The notes under the pieces are model-generated. The model made no database searches and was not told the origin of the DNA. It saw nothing but the letters and a program-made list of their open reading frames with translations. Below, piece by piece: positions 23,127-35,337 of a stretch of DNA of 64,000 bases. Position numbers and translations under genes: made by a program. Each line of letters opens with the position of its first letter. Positions within the stretch are counted from its first letter, which is position 1. Source of the stretch: Actinomycetes bacterium (GTDB lineage Bacteria > Actinomycetota > Actinomycetes > JACCUZ01); NCBI GenBank assembly GCA_035489715.1, contig DATHAP010000021.1:694-64693 (forward strand), written 5' to 3'.

Positions 23127-23684
23127 TCAGGTGCCGATGCACGGCCGCCGCACCAGCTCCTCTGCCAGCAGGTCCATCAGCAGACCGTCGTGCCATTCGT
23201 CGGTGACCGGGTCGCGCTCGTAGCGGCGCATCACGCCCACCGGGCGGAAGCCGACCGCGGCGTAGCAGCGGATCGCCGGCACGTTGTCGGCGGCCGGGTC
23301 GATGACGATCCGGTGCTGGCCGCGGTCGTCGACCAGGTGGGCGGCCAGAGTCGCGACGGCGTCGCGTCCGACTCCGCGGCCGTGCACAGCCGGGTCGACG
23401 AACACGTCAATCGACGCGTGGCGGTACATCGGGTCGTCCTCCTCGCCGTACTGCACCATCCCGCGCACGACGCCGTCGAAGAGGATCGCGAAGCGCACCG
23501 CCGACGAGTCGTCGTACGGCCAGGCGTCCGATGCCGCCTCATCGCCCCAACGGGCGCTCACCTGGGGCGTCGCGAGGATCTGCCGCAGGTCGGCGACGTG
23601 CGACGGCGTGACCGGCACCAGGGTCGTCCGTGCGCCGACGAGCTCCACGGGCCGATCATCGCCCCCGTCTCGCGCGGTTGTCAC
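23127..23684 (-). CDS. GNAT family N-acetyltransferase (aminoglycoside acetyltransferase-like)
   Basis: 185 aa with GNAT core VHGRGVGRDAVATLAAHL. Confidence 0.7.
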   Translation of the reverse strand: MTTARDGGDDRPVELVGARTTLVPVTPSHVADLRQILATPQVSARWGDEAASDAWPYDDSSAVRFAILFDGVVRGMVQYGEEDDPMYRHASIDVFVDPAVHGRGVGRDAVATLAAHLVDDRGQHRIVIDPAADNVPAIRCYAAVGFRPVGVMRRYERDPVTDEWHDGLLMDLLAEELVRRPCIGT

Positions 23685-23694
23685 TGACTCTTTC

Positions 23695-24145
23695 TCAGCC
23701 CAGGTCGCGCGGGACCTGGCGGTGCCATTGCCGGGCGGCGAACGGCTCGCCGTCGCGCCAGCTCTGCAGCGAGATGTCGAGGTCGTACGTCGTCGGGCCG
23801 GCCACCAGCGTCACGTCGGCGCGGGCCCGGACGGCCGCCTCCGGCCACCGCACGGTGAAGTCGGCAGTCGCCTCCGCCCGCTGCTCCCACGTAACCGTGT
23901 CGACCGACACCGCACCGGTGTAGCGCTCGCTGACCGACCCGCCGTCCACCTCGTAGTGGCTGCCGTGCGCGTCGGTGCACGTCGTCCGTCGGCGCAGCAC
24001 GTCGCGCGAGACCTGCCAGTCCACGTCCGACGCCTCGATCTCGGGCGGGGCGACCAGCGGCAGGCGTAGGCGCGGCCACCGACTCGCCTGCCAGCGGCAG
24101 CCCGAGCCACGACGCGGACCGGTCGACCGTCAAGGTCAGAGGCAC
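23695..24145 (-). pseudogene. Frameshifted gene remnant of unknown family
   Basis: Two protein-like minus-strand reading frames (MPLTLTVDRSASWLGLPLAGESVA... and ...VDWQVSRDVLRRRTTCTDAHGSHYEVDGG...) abut with a 1-nt frame offset near 24030. A plus-strand C-terminal fragment (VLVHEGGYALDRLGVDTVGVLRPFGAGDR*) ends at 24335. Confidence 0.3.
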
Positions 24146-24331
24146 CGGCGGGGCGACCGTGTGGGCCAGTCGGTCCCCGCCAGCGACAGTCGCAGCACCT
24201 GCCCGGGCAGCGCGTCGTGCGACATCGCCTCCATCTCGACCGACCGTGCTGGTGCACGAGGGCGGCTACGCGCTGGACCGGCTCGGCGTCGACACGGTGG
24301 GGGTGCTGCGCCCGTTCGGAGCGGGCGACCG

Positions 24332-24952
24332 CTAGCGACGGCGTCGCGCGGCCAGGGCGACGGTCGTGGTGACCGCCAGCGGCCACAGCGACTGCAGCCC
24401 CGCCGTCACCCGCTCCGCCAGACCGACCGAGTCGTCGGCGCGCAGCTGGACGCCGAACCAGGTGAGGCAGCCGACCAGCGCTGCGGTGGCCGTCGCTGCC
24501 GGCAGAGGGCGCAGCAACGGGCCGACAGCGTCGCGCCGCGCCGCGAGGACCGGCCAGACCGACAGGGCGAGGAACGCGACCGAGGCCACCACGGTGTGCG
24601 GCACCGAGCCGGCCCCGTCCGCGGGCAGCGGGAAGACTCCCACCAGAACGGTGGCGAGCCCGCCGCCGGCGAGCACCACCCGCCCGGCCGTCGCGGCGTC
24701 ACCCAGGGCGGCCGCGGTGGTGACGTGGCAGAGCCCCAATCCGGCCAGCGCCCCGGTCATCAGCCAGCGGTCGTCGGCGCCGAGCCCGGCGAGGTCGCTG
24801 ATCGTGAGCTGCACCGAGTCGAAGCCGCCCTGCTGGTGTGCGGCGGCGATGGTCCAGCCGCCGATCAGCAGGACGGGGGCGGCCGCCGAGGAGACCAGGC
24901 CCACGGGCGCGAGCGGGCGGCGGGTCGTCCAGGGCCGGCGCACACGCCGCAT
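24332..24952 (-). CDS. DUF998-like membrane protein
   Basis: 206-aa protein from MRRVRRPWTTRRP... with 5-6 predicted TM helices. Confidence 0.5.
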   Translation of the reverse strand: MRRVRRPWTTRRPLAPVGLVSSAAAPVLLIGGWTIAAAHQQGGFDSVQLTISDLAGLGADDRWLMTGALAGLGLCHVTTAAALGDAATAGRVVLAGGGLATVLVGVFPLPADGAGSVPHTVVASVAFLALSVWPVLAARRDAVGPLLRPLPAATATAALVGCLTWFGVQLRADDSVGLAERVTAGLQSLWPLAVTTTVALAARRRR

Positions 24953-25399
24953 CCTGGACCACCCAGCCGCTCGTCGGGCTGGTGCCCGGCCGGGAGAACC
25001 AAGGGTTTTCCCTGGCGCGCCGGCCCCGGCGCGGTGACTAGCGTGCGGAGGACGTGCGGGGGAGGGGGCGACGTGGAGGCAGATGGGCCGGCAGCCTGGT
25101 CGGGCGGCCGCGCCGAGGAGGTCTGGGCCGCGTACTACAGCGCGGTCGCGACCTGGGTCGCCACCCTGACGGGGGACCAGGCGGCGGCCCGCCAGCTGAC
25201 GAGCGAGGCGTACGTCCGGATGTTCGGCCACTGGGGTGAGGAGCCGGACCCGGAGGCATGCCTCTACCGCGAGGCGCTCCGACTGGTGGAGCGCAGCCGG
25301 CCCCACGCGTGGCGCGCACGCCACGGGTGGCGCTCGCGGGCTCGCCTCCTGGCGGCCGCCGACCTGCCGCCCGCCGTCATCGCCAGGGTCCTGCACCGT

Positions 25400-28147
25400 T
25401 CAGAGCGTGGGGTCTCGCTCGTCCTGGACCTGGCGCAGGTCGAGCAGCTCGGCGGACCGGGCGACGAGCTGGGTGCGCGAGCGGATGCCGAGCTTCATGT
25501 AGACGTGCCGGAGGTGGAACTCGACCGTCTTGGTGCTGAGGAAGAGCTCGGTCGCGATCTCCCGGTTGGTCAGGCCGTCCCGCACCAGGCGACTCACGGC
25601 GAGCTCCTGCGGAGTGAGAGTCGGTCTCGGTGAGGTGCTGACGGCCGCGGCGGCGCCGAGGGCGGCGAGGTCGGCGGCAGCCAGGTCGACGAAGGGACGG
25701 GCCCCCAGCGCGACGAAGCCGTCGAGCGCCGCCCGCACGTCCACCAAGGCGTCGGCCCGCCGTCCCGTGCGGAACAGTACCGACCCCCGCTCCAGGCGGA
25801 CCAGGGCGAGGTCGAAGGGCAGGTCCCGGTCGGTGGCCAGGCCTGCGGCCCGGTCGAACGTCGCCAGCGCCTGATCCAGGGCGCCGTCGGCCGCCTGTAC
25901 CAGGCCGTGCACCCGGGCCACCGGGGCCGTCAGCCACGTCCGGACCTCGTTGGCCTCGAGGTCGTCGATGACCCGCCGGGCATCCTCCCGCCGACCGGTC
26001 CGGACCAGCGCCTCCGCGTAGAGCGCCGGCCACTCGAGCGTCCCCGGCTGGCCCGGCATCGCGCCGGCGTAGCTCTCGACCACCGGGGCCACTGCCTCGA
26101 GGACCTCGTCGGGACGGCCCCGGCTGTGCGCGAGCGTGGCCGCCGCCGTGCCCGCATACCGGATGCTCATCGCCTCCTGGTGACTCCTGGCAGCTGCGAG
26201 CGCGATCTCGACGTGCGTCCGGGCGGTGTCCCAGTCGCCCCGGCGGGCCGGGACGAGCGCGGCGGTGGAGTGCACCGGCGAGATCGCCCAGAACTGGTCG
26301 GTGTCATCGACCAGCTCCACGGCCTGCTCGGCGTTCTGCCGGGCGGAGTCCCAGTCGCCGGTGAGGTACTGCACCTTGGCCAGGTTCGCCCAGGCGGCGC
26401 TGAGGAAGTCGGAGATGCCGATGACACGGCTGGCCCGGACGACCGTGCCCAGGTCGCGGGTGGCACCGACCCAGTCCCCGACGTAGGACCGCGCGTTGCC
26501 GCGGCAGACCGCGGTGATCAGCTGGTCCGGCCGTGGCTCGTCGCCGAAGCCGGCGGCCTCCTCCATCTCGTCGTGCCGGCCGAGCAGGGCCAGCGACGTC
26601 ACCAGGACGGCCCGAGCCATGCTGGCCCCCAGGGTCGCGGCGGGCTCGAGCTCGACGGCCCGGCGGGCGTGGCCGACCGCCTCGGCCTCCCGGCCGCCGA
26701 GCAGCAGGACGTGGGCCATCAGGCGGCTCGCCTCCGGCAGGACCGTCCGGTCGTCGGAGCTCGCGGCACGCTCGAGGGCGACACGCAGCCGCGCCTCCGC
26801 CTCCGGGTGCTGGCCCTCGTTGAGCGCCAGCCAGGCCCGCAGCAGCAGGCGGCGCGGCGTCGGCTCGAGGTCGGCGAGCGCGCCGACCAGCGCCCTTGCC
26901 CGGTGCACGTCCCCGCTCATGAGGCCGGTTGCAGCAGCCTCGTCGAGCAGCCGACCGTCCCTCTCCGGGTCGGTGCCCAGCCGGGCCGCTGCCTCCAGCA
27001 GCTCGGTGGCCCCGACCAGGTCACCCCGGGTGCCCGCCTCCGCCGCGGCCGCCGCCGCTCGCGCGGAGAGGGCGTCGTCGGCGCCGGGTGACGCCGCGAT
27101 CTCGTGTCGCAGCCGCTGCCGTGCGTCCGGGGCGAGCTCCGCGAGACGGGCGTGGAGGTCGAGGCGCCGACCCGTCGTGACGGAGGACAGGACGGCGGCC
27201 CGGACCAGGGCGTGCGCCGGCCGGACGTGCGGCGGCGGGCCCGGCACCTCCGTGACCAGGCCGGCGCCGACCGCCTCCGCGAGCGCGGTGGCCGGCGCGG
27301 TGACCGAGCCGGCCCGGGCCAGCAGACCGAGCGGCCAGTCCGCCCCGGCCACCGCCGATGCCTCGACCAGGCGCCGCGCGCCCGTCGACGCGCGGTCGAG
27401 CAGCGCGACGACGACGGCGCGGAGCTCGCCGGGTGCCGGGAGCTCCGGCGGCAACGACGAGAGCTGCTCGGGGGACAGCTCGCGGAGCAGGGCGGTCGAC
27501 CACAGCGGGTTGCCGCTCGTGTGCTCGGCCAGGCGGCGGGCAGTGCCGACCGGCAGGTCCACGCCGTGCTGCTGCGCGAGCGCGCCCACCGCTGCCGCGT
27601 CGAGGCCGTGCAGGGCGAGGTCGGTCGCCCGCGGGTCCCGGTGCAGCCGAAGGAAGCCCGGTGCGACCGCCGGGTCGTCGAACGAGCGGGCGCTCACCAC
27701 GGTGCAGACCGGGTCGACCGTCAGCCGGCGGAGGGCGAAGAGGATCGCCTGCTGAGACGGGGCGTCCACCCAGTGCAGGTCGTCGACCCAGAGCAGGACC
27801 GGCCGTTCAACCTCGAGGTCGGAGACCGCGGCGACGAGTGCGGCTCCGGCCGCGAACGCAGTGGGTGGCGGGTCAGCTCGGTGCGCACGAGACCTCGCCC
27901 GGTCGAGCAGCTGGCCGACCACGCCGAGGCTCAGTGCGGTCTCGGTCTCCTCGCCGGCCGCGGCCAGGACGGTGACATCCCTGGCCTCGGCGACCAGCGC
28001 CCGGACCAGCGCCGTCTTCCCGATGCCGGCCTCGCCGTGCACGAAGACGAGCGGTGCACCACCCCGCGTGGAGCGCTCGACCAGCCCCGTCAGGACTGCC
28101 AGCTCCTGCTCTCGACCAACCAACGGCGTGCGGTTCGTGCGGTTCAT
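25400..28147 (-). CDS. LuxR-family large ATP-binding regulator (LAL / MalT-like STAND: AAA ATPase + TPR-like region + C-terminal LuxR HTH)
   Basis: Walker A (VFVHGEAGIGKTALVRAL), a long helical repeat region, and the C-terminal HTH LTPQELAVSRLVRDGLTNREIATELFLSTKTVEFHLRHVYMKLGI. Confidence 0.85.
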   Translation of the reverse strand: MNRTNRTPLVGREQELAVLTGLVERSTRGGAPLVFVHGEAGIGKTALVRALVAEARDVTVLAAAGEETETALSLGVVGQLLDRARSRAHRADPPPTAFAAGAALVAAVSDLEVERPVLLWVDDLHWVDAPSQQAILFALRRLTVDPVCTVVSARSFDDPAVAPGFLRLHRDPRATDLALHGLDAAAVGALAQQHGVDLPVGTARRLAEHTSGNPLWSTALLRELSPEQLSSLPPELPAPGELRAVVVALLDRASTGARRLVEASAVAGADWPLGLLARAGSVTAPATALAEAVGAGLVTEVPGPPPHVRPAHALVRAAVLSSVTTGRRLDLHARLAELAPDARQRLRHEIAASPGADDALSARAAAAAAEAGTRGDLVGATELLEAAARLGTDPERDGRLLDEAAATGLMSGDVHRARALVGALADLEPTPRRLLLRAWLALNEGQHPEAEARLRVALERAASSDDRTVLPEASRLMAHVLLLGGREAEAVGHARRAVELEPAATLGASMARAVLVTSLALLGRHDEMEEAAGFGDEPRPDQLITAVCRGNARSYVGDWVGATRDLGTVVRASRVIGISDFLSAAWANLAKVQYLTGDWDSARQNAEQAVELVDDTDQFWAISPVHSTAALVPARRGDWDTARTHVEIALAAARSHQEAMSIRYAGTAAATLAHSRGRPDEVLEAVAPVVESYAGAMPGQPGTLEWPALYAEALVRTGRREDARRVIDDLEANEVRTWLTAPVARVHGLVQAADGALDQALATFDRAAGLATDRDLPFDLALVRLERGSVLFRTGRRADALVDVRAALDGFVALGARPFVDLAAADLAALGAAAAVSTSPRPTLTPQELAVSRLVRDGLTNREIATELFLSTKTVEFHLRHVYMKLGIRSRTQLVARSAELLDLRQVQDERDPTL

Positions 28148-28288
28148 GCCCCGTCCTCATGAACGCCCCGAGTCGACCCTCTGCGGGTGACTATGCAACG
28201 CCCGTCCCGGCCGAGTCCAGCACCAGCCCATGAGTAGGCTCGGCGTGCAGGGTCTTCCGGTCGACGACGATCGCGCGAGGGGTTCGAC

Positions 28289-30985
<2,697 letters not shown>

Positions 30986-30989
30986 CCGC

Positions 30990-31616
30990 TTGCTGATCGT
31001 CCCCCGTCTGGTCGTCAAGGCACTGGCGGCCGTCGTCGTCTGCTGCCTGCTCGTCTTCCTCGGCACCGCGACGTTCGTCTGGTGGACCGCCCGCCAGGAC
31101 GACCGCCGGGTGTCGGACGCGATCGTCGTGCTGGGCGCCGCCCAGTTCGACGGCCGGCCCTCGTCGGTCTTCACCGCCCGACTGGTCCACGCCCGCGACC
31201 TGTGGAAGGCCGACGTGGCGCCACGGGTCATCACGGTCGGCGGCAAGCTCGAGGGCGACCGCTTCACCGAGGCCGAGGCCGGCCGCGCGTGGCTGGCGGA
31301 GAACGGCGTGCCCGCCGAGCGGATCGCCGCGGTGCCGACCGGCACCGACACCCTCAGCAGCCTCTCCGCGGTGCAGGATCACATGCAGCGGCGCGGCTGG
31401 TCCACCGCCGTCGTCGTCACCGACCCCTGGCACGCCCTGCGGGCCGGGTCCATGGCCAGCGGGACCGGCATGAACGCGGTCGTGTCACCGACCCGGCGCG
31501 GCCCGGCCGTCCGCACGCGGGCGACCGAGCTGCGCTACATCGTCCGGGAGACCTTCGGCTACCTGTACTGGAAGATCTTCAACCGCAGCTCCGACTCGGG
31601 TCCCAACGCTGTCTGA
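30990..31616 (+). CDS. YdcF/DUF218 (SanA/ElyC-like) family protein
   Basis: 208 aa with an N-terminal TM helix then the DUF218 pattern [15 protein letters not shown]...VITVGG. Confidence 0.65.
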   Translation: MLIVPRLVVKALAAVVVCCLLVFLGTATFVWWTARQDDRRVSDAIVVLGAAQFDGRPSSVFTARLVHARDLWKADVAPRVITVGGKLEGDRFTEAEAGRAWLAENGVPAERIAAVPTGTDTLSSLSAVQDHMQRRGWSTAVVVTDPWHALRAGSMASGTGMNAVVSPTRRGPAVRTRATELRYIVRETFGYLYWKIFNRSSDSGPNAV

Positions 31617-31698
31617 CGTCGCACCTCCCGACGAGCGCTGGGTCCCCGAGCCGGCCAAGCGCTCCGGTCGCACGGCCTTCGACCGGGACCGGGCGCGT

Positions 31699-32856
31699 GT
31701 GCTGCACTCCTCGGCGCTGCGGCGGCTCGCCGGCAAGACCCAGGTCGTGGTGCCGGGGGAGAGCGACTTCCCGCGCACCCGGCTCACCCACTCCCTGGAG
31801 TGCGCGCAGATCGGTCGCGGCATCGGCCAGGCGCTCGGCTGCGACCCCGACCTGGTGGAGACCGCCTGCCTGGCGCACGACCTGGGACACCCGCCGTTCG
31901 GCCACACCGGCGAGGCGGCGCTGGCCGCGGTCGCGGACCCGGCCGGCGGGTTCGAGGGCAACGCCCAGAGCCTGCGGATCCTCACCCGTCTCGAGGCCAA
32001 GGCCTTCGCGCCGGACGGCCGGAGCGTCGGGCTGAACCTGACCCGGGCGGTGCTCGACGCCTCGTGCAAGTACCCGTGGGGCCGCGAGACGGACCCGCGC
32101 AAGTTCGGCGTCTACGCCGACGACCGCGACGTCTTCGCCTGGCTGCGTCTCGGCGCCCCGGAGGGAGCGCGCTGCGTCGAGGCCCAGGTCATGGACTGGG
32201 CCGACGACGTCGCCTACTCCGTGCACGACCTGGAGGACGCCGTCCACTCCGGCCACCTGCGGCTGGACGCGCTGCGCGACCCGGCCGAACGCGCGGCGGT
32301 GGCCGCGCGCACGGTCGAGCGGCATCCGTCCCTGAGCGACGACGACGTACTCCAGGCCATGGACCGGCTGGTGTCGCTCCCGGACTGGCCGGCCGGTTAC
32401 GACGGCTCGCAGCGTGACCTGGCCGCCCTCAAGAACCTCACCAGCCAGCTGATCGGCCGCTTCGCCCGGGCAGCCCAGGACGCGACGACCGACGCCTATG
32501 GTGACGCGCCCCTCTCGCGTCACTCGGCCGACCTGGTCGTGCCGGCCGCCGTCCGCGCGGAGGTGGAGGTCCTCAAGGCCGTCGCCGACCGCTACGTCAT
32601 GTCGCGCGACGAGGCAGCACGGCGGTACGAGCTGCAGACCCAGCTCGTGCACGAACTGGTCGACCTGCTGTCGGCGACGGCTCCCGTGTCGCTCGACCCG
32701 ATCCTGCGCGACGCCTGGGCTGACGCCTCCGATGACCCCGCCCGGCTGCGGGTGGTGCTGGACCAGGTCGCGTCGCTGACCGACGCGTCCGCCGTCTCGC
32801 TGCGGGGCCGCCTGGCGTCGAGGTCCCAGCGAGGTGAGGATGACCGTCATGGCTGA
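31699..32856 (+). CDS. dgt: Deoxyguanosinetriphosphate triphosphohydrolase-like HD-domain protein
   Basis: HD motif region [17 protein letters not shown]...[10 protein letters not shown]. The conserved Dgt N-terminal motif ([22 protein letters not shown]) lies in frame upstream of this canonical GTG, back to the ydcF stop. Confidence 0.8.
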   Translation: MLHSSALRRLAGKTQVVVPGESDFPRTRLTHSLECAQIGRGIGQALGCDPDLVETACLAHDLGHPPFGHTGEAALAAVADPAGGFEGNAQSLRILTRLEAKAFAPDGRSVGLNLTRAVLDASCKYPWGRETDPRKFGVYADDRDVFAWLRLGAPEGARCVEAQVMDWADDVAYSVHDLEDAVHSGHLRLDALRDPAERAAVAARTVERHPSLSDDDVLQAMDRLVSLPDWPAGYDGSQRDLAALKNLTSQLIGRFARAAQDATTDAYGDAPLSRHSADLVVPAAVRAEVEVLKAVADRYVMSRDEAARRYELQTQLVHELVDLLSATAPVSLDPILRDAWADASDDPARLRVVLDQVASLTDASAVSLRGRLASRSQRGEDDRHG

Positions 32857-34108
32857 CCGGACCTACGTCATCGTCGGCGCGAGCCTCGCGGGAGCGAAGG
32901 CCGCCGAGGCCCTGCGCGATGCGGGCTTCGACGGGCGGGTGCTGCTGGTCGGAGACGAGCGGGAGCGGCCCTACGAGCGACCCAAGCTCTCCAAGGAGAT
33001 CCTCAAGGGCGACAAGCCCCGCCACAAGGCATTCGTGCACGAGGAGGGGTGGTACGACGAGCACCACGTCGAGCTGCGGCTCGGCACGGCGGTCACCGCC
33101 CTGCACCGCGAGGAGCACCAGGTCGAGCTCGCGGGGGGAGAGCGGATCGGCTACGACAAGGTGCTGCTGGCGACCGGGTCGTCACCGCGACGGCTCGAGG
33201 TGTCCGGAGGTGACCTCGACGGCATCCACTACCTGCGCCGGATCGGCGAGTCGGAGCGGCTGCGCGACGAGCTGTCCGCCGGCGGCTCGCTGGTGGTCGT
33301 CGGCGGGGGCTGGATCGGCCTCGAGGTCGCTGCCGCGGCCCGGCACCACGGGGCATCGGTCCTGCTGATCGAGCCGCAGCCCACGCCGCTCTACGGCGTC
33401 CTGGGGCCCGAGGTGGGCGAGGTCTTCGCGGACCTGCACCGCGGGCACGGGGTCGACCTGCGCACCGGCCTCGGTGTGGACGGTTTCGAGGGGGAGGACG
33501 GCCGGGTCACCGGCGTGCGTACGTCCGACGGCACGGTGCACGAGGCGTCCCGGGTGGTGGTCGGCGTGGGTATCCGACCCAACACCCGCCTCGCCGAGCA
33601 GGCCGGCCTCGAGGTCGACAACGGCGTGGTGGTCGACGACCTGCTGCAGACGTCGGACCCGGACGTCTACGCGGCGGGCGACGTGGCCAACGCGTGGAAC
33701 GCGCTGCTGCAGACCCGGCTGCGGATCGAGCACTGGGCCAATGCGGCCAACCAGGGGACGGCGGCCGGTCGGTCGATGGCCGGCCAGGGGGAGCCCAACG
33801 CCAAGCTGCCGTACTTCTTCACCGACCAGTACGACCTGTCCATGGAGTACCACGGCTACGTGCCCCGGGACGAGGGCGACGAGGTGGTGCTGCGCGGCGA
33901 TCCTCGGGCCGAGTCGGCGGCGTCGTGGCTCACCTTCTGGCTCGGCAGCGGCCGGGTCCTGGCCGGGATGAACGTCAACGACTGGGACGCCGCCGACGGC
34001 ATCAAGCGGCTGGCACGGGCCCGCGCGACGGTCGACCCGGCCCGGCTGGCGGACCCCGACGTACCGCTTGCTGAGCTCGCGGACGAGGCGACGGGTGGCC
34101 GGTCGTGA
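32849..34108 (+). CDS. FAD-dependent pyridine nucleotide-disulfide oxidoreductase (ferredoxin/rubredoxin reductase-like)
   Basis: Two dinucleotide folds ([14 protein letters not shown] and [17 protein letters not shown]) and C-terminal reductase motifs. Confidence 0.8.
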   Translation: MADRTYVIVGASLAGAKAAEALRDAGFDGRVLLVGDERERPYERPKLSKEILKGDKPRHKAFVHEEGWYDEHHVELRLGTAVTALHREEHQVELAGGERIGYDKVLLATGSSPRRLEVSGGDLDGIHYLRRIGESERLRDELSAGGSLVVVGGGWIGLEVAAAARHHGASVLLIEPQPTPLYGVLGPEVGEVFADLHRGHGVDLRTGLGVDGFEGEDGRVTGVRTSDGTVHEASRVVVGVGIRPNTRLAEQAGLEVDNGVVVDDLLQTSDPDVYAAGDVANAWNALLQTRLRIEHWANAANQGTAAGRSMAGQGEPNAKLPYFFTDQYDLSMEYHGYVPRDEGDEVVLRGDPRAESAASWLTFWLGSGRVLAGMNVNDWDAADGIKRLARARATVDPARLADPDVPLAELADEATGGRS

Positions 34109-34566
34109 CGGACGACCTGCCCCGGGTCGTCAGGGCCGAGCGCCTGATCGCCGCCGCTGCCGATGAGGTCTTCGAGCTCGTCGCGGACCCCGCGCAGCAG
34201 CCACGGTGGGACGGCAACGACAACCTCGACGCCGCGGACCCGGGCCAGCGGGTCCGCACGGTCGGTGACGTGTTCCTGATGCGGACGACCAAGGGCAACA
34301 TCCGCGAGAACCACGTGGTCGAGTTCGAGGAGGGCCGGCGCATCGCCTGGCGCCCGGCCGAACCCGGCGAGGAGCCACCGGGCCACCTCTGGCGGTGGGA
34401 GCTCGAGCCGGTCGACGCCGGACACACCCGTGTCGCGCACACCTACGACTGGACCCGGCTCGCCGACGAGCAGCGCCTGCCGCGCGCCCGAGCCACCACG
34501 GTCGAGCGACTGATGGCGTCGGTGGACCGCCTGGCCGAGCTCGCCGAGTCTGCCGAGTCGTCGTAG
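34105..34566 (+). CDS. SRPBCC family protein
   Basis: 153 aa, overlapping the upstream reductase gene by 4 nt. N-terminus ...AERLIAAAADEVFELVADP... is typical of the family. Confidence 0.6.
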   Translation: MTDDLPRVVRAERLIAAAADEVFELVADPAQQPRWDGNDNLDAADPGQRVRTVGDVFLMRTTKGNIRENHVVEFEEGRRIAWRPAEPGEEPPGHLWRWELEPVDAGHTRVAHTYDWTRLADEQRLPRARATTVERLMASVDRLAELAESAESS

Positions 34567-34576
34567 CGCGTCCGAG

Positions 34577-35272
34577 TCACCGGGGGAGCAGCGCGTCCAC
34601 CAGGGTCTGCTGCATCCATCGGGCGTAGGCCGCCACCGTCCACCCGGCCTCGACGACCAGGCGCTGGTAGACCAGCGGCTCGCTGACCAGCGCGGCGATG
34701 ACCTCGGCCCGGTCGGCGTCGACGTCGGGCCGGAGCCCGCCGATCTCGTCGAGGCGAGCCGCGAACAGCTGCGCCGTCGCGCGACGGCCGCGCTCGGACC
34801 GCTCGTGCATCCGGGCCACCTCAGGGTCCCCGTCGGCGGCCACCGCCAGGACCAGCGCGAGGCGCGCGACACGGCGCTCGATGACAGCAATCCGGCGGAC
34901 CCACCGGTGCACCAGCCGCACAGGGTCGGTCTCCTCGGCCTCAGCCCGGATCTCGGGCCGCTCGGCCACCGGCCGGTGGTCCTCGTCGCCGCGCAGCGCA
35001 AGGTCGAGGGCCCGGTCGAGCAGGACGGCCTTGCCGCCCACCGACGTGAACACCGTCTTGCGGCTCACGCCGGCCCGCTCGGCGATCACCTCGACGGTGG
35101 CCGCGGCGTAGCCGACCTCGACGAACAGGTCGTGCGCCGCCGCGACGACCGCGCGCCGGGTGGCCTGCATCTGCGCGTCGCGCAACGGGGACCGGTAGGC
35201 CCGCCGCGGCACGCTGTCCGGGCCGACGACGGCCCCGGGCGAGGCAGGTCGGGTCGGCATCTCTCTTGACAC
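34577..35272 (-). CDS. TetR/AcrR family transcriptional regulator
   Basis: HTH region RRAVVAAAHDLFVEVGYAAATVEVIAERAGVSRKTVFTSV. GTG start. Confidence 0.8.
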   Translation of the reverse strand: MSREMPTRPASPGAVVGPDSVPRRAYRSPLRDAQMQATRRAVVAAAHDLFVEVGYAAATVEVIAERAGVSRKTVFTSVGGKAVLLDRALDLALRGDEDHRPVAERPEIRAEAEETDPVRLVHRWVRRIAVIERRVARLALVLAVAADGDPEVARMHERSERGRRATAQLFAARLDEIGGLRPDVDADRAEVIAALVSEPLVYQRLVVEAGWTVAAYARWMQQTLVDALLPR

Positions 35273-35293
35273 CTCTCAATTTGAGGTTACCTT
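35266..35293 (+). promoter_or_regulatory. Candidate promoter with embedded operator palindrome between the divergent TetR and monooxygenase genes
   Basis: TTGACA (35266-35271), a 16-nt spacer containing the near-palindrome ACCTCTCAATTTGAGGT, then TACCTT as a TANNNT -10. Confidence 0.35.
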
Positions 35294-35337
35294 CGGTGTA
35301 ATCAATCAATGACCAGTGTAGCGAAACGGACGGAACG

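Noticed and set aside
25054-25633. Plus-strand ORF with sigma-region-4-like wording (…LLAAADLPPAVIARVLHRSERGVSLVL…) running 230 nt into the C-terminus of the LuxR regulator
   Set aside because: It has no stop until it is deep inside the well-supported LuxR HTH coding region on the opposite strand. It is likely a mirror-frame artefact, and I could not support an independent gene.
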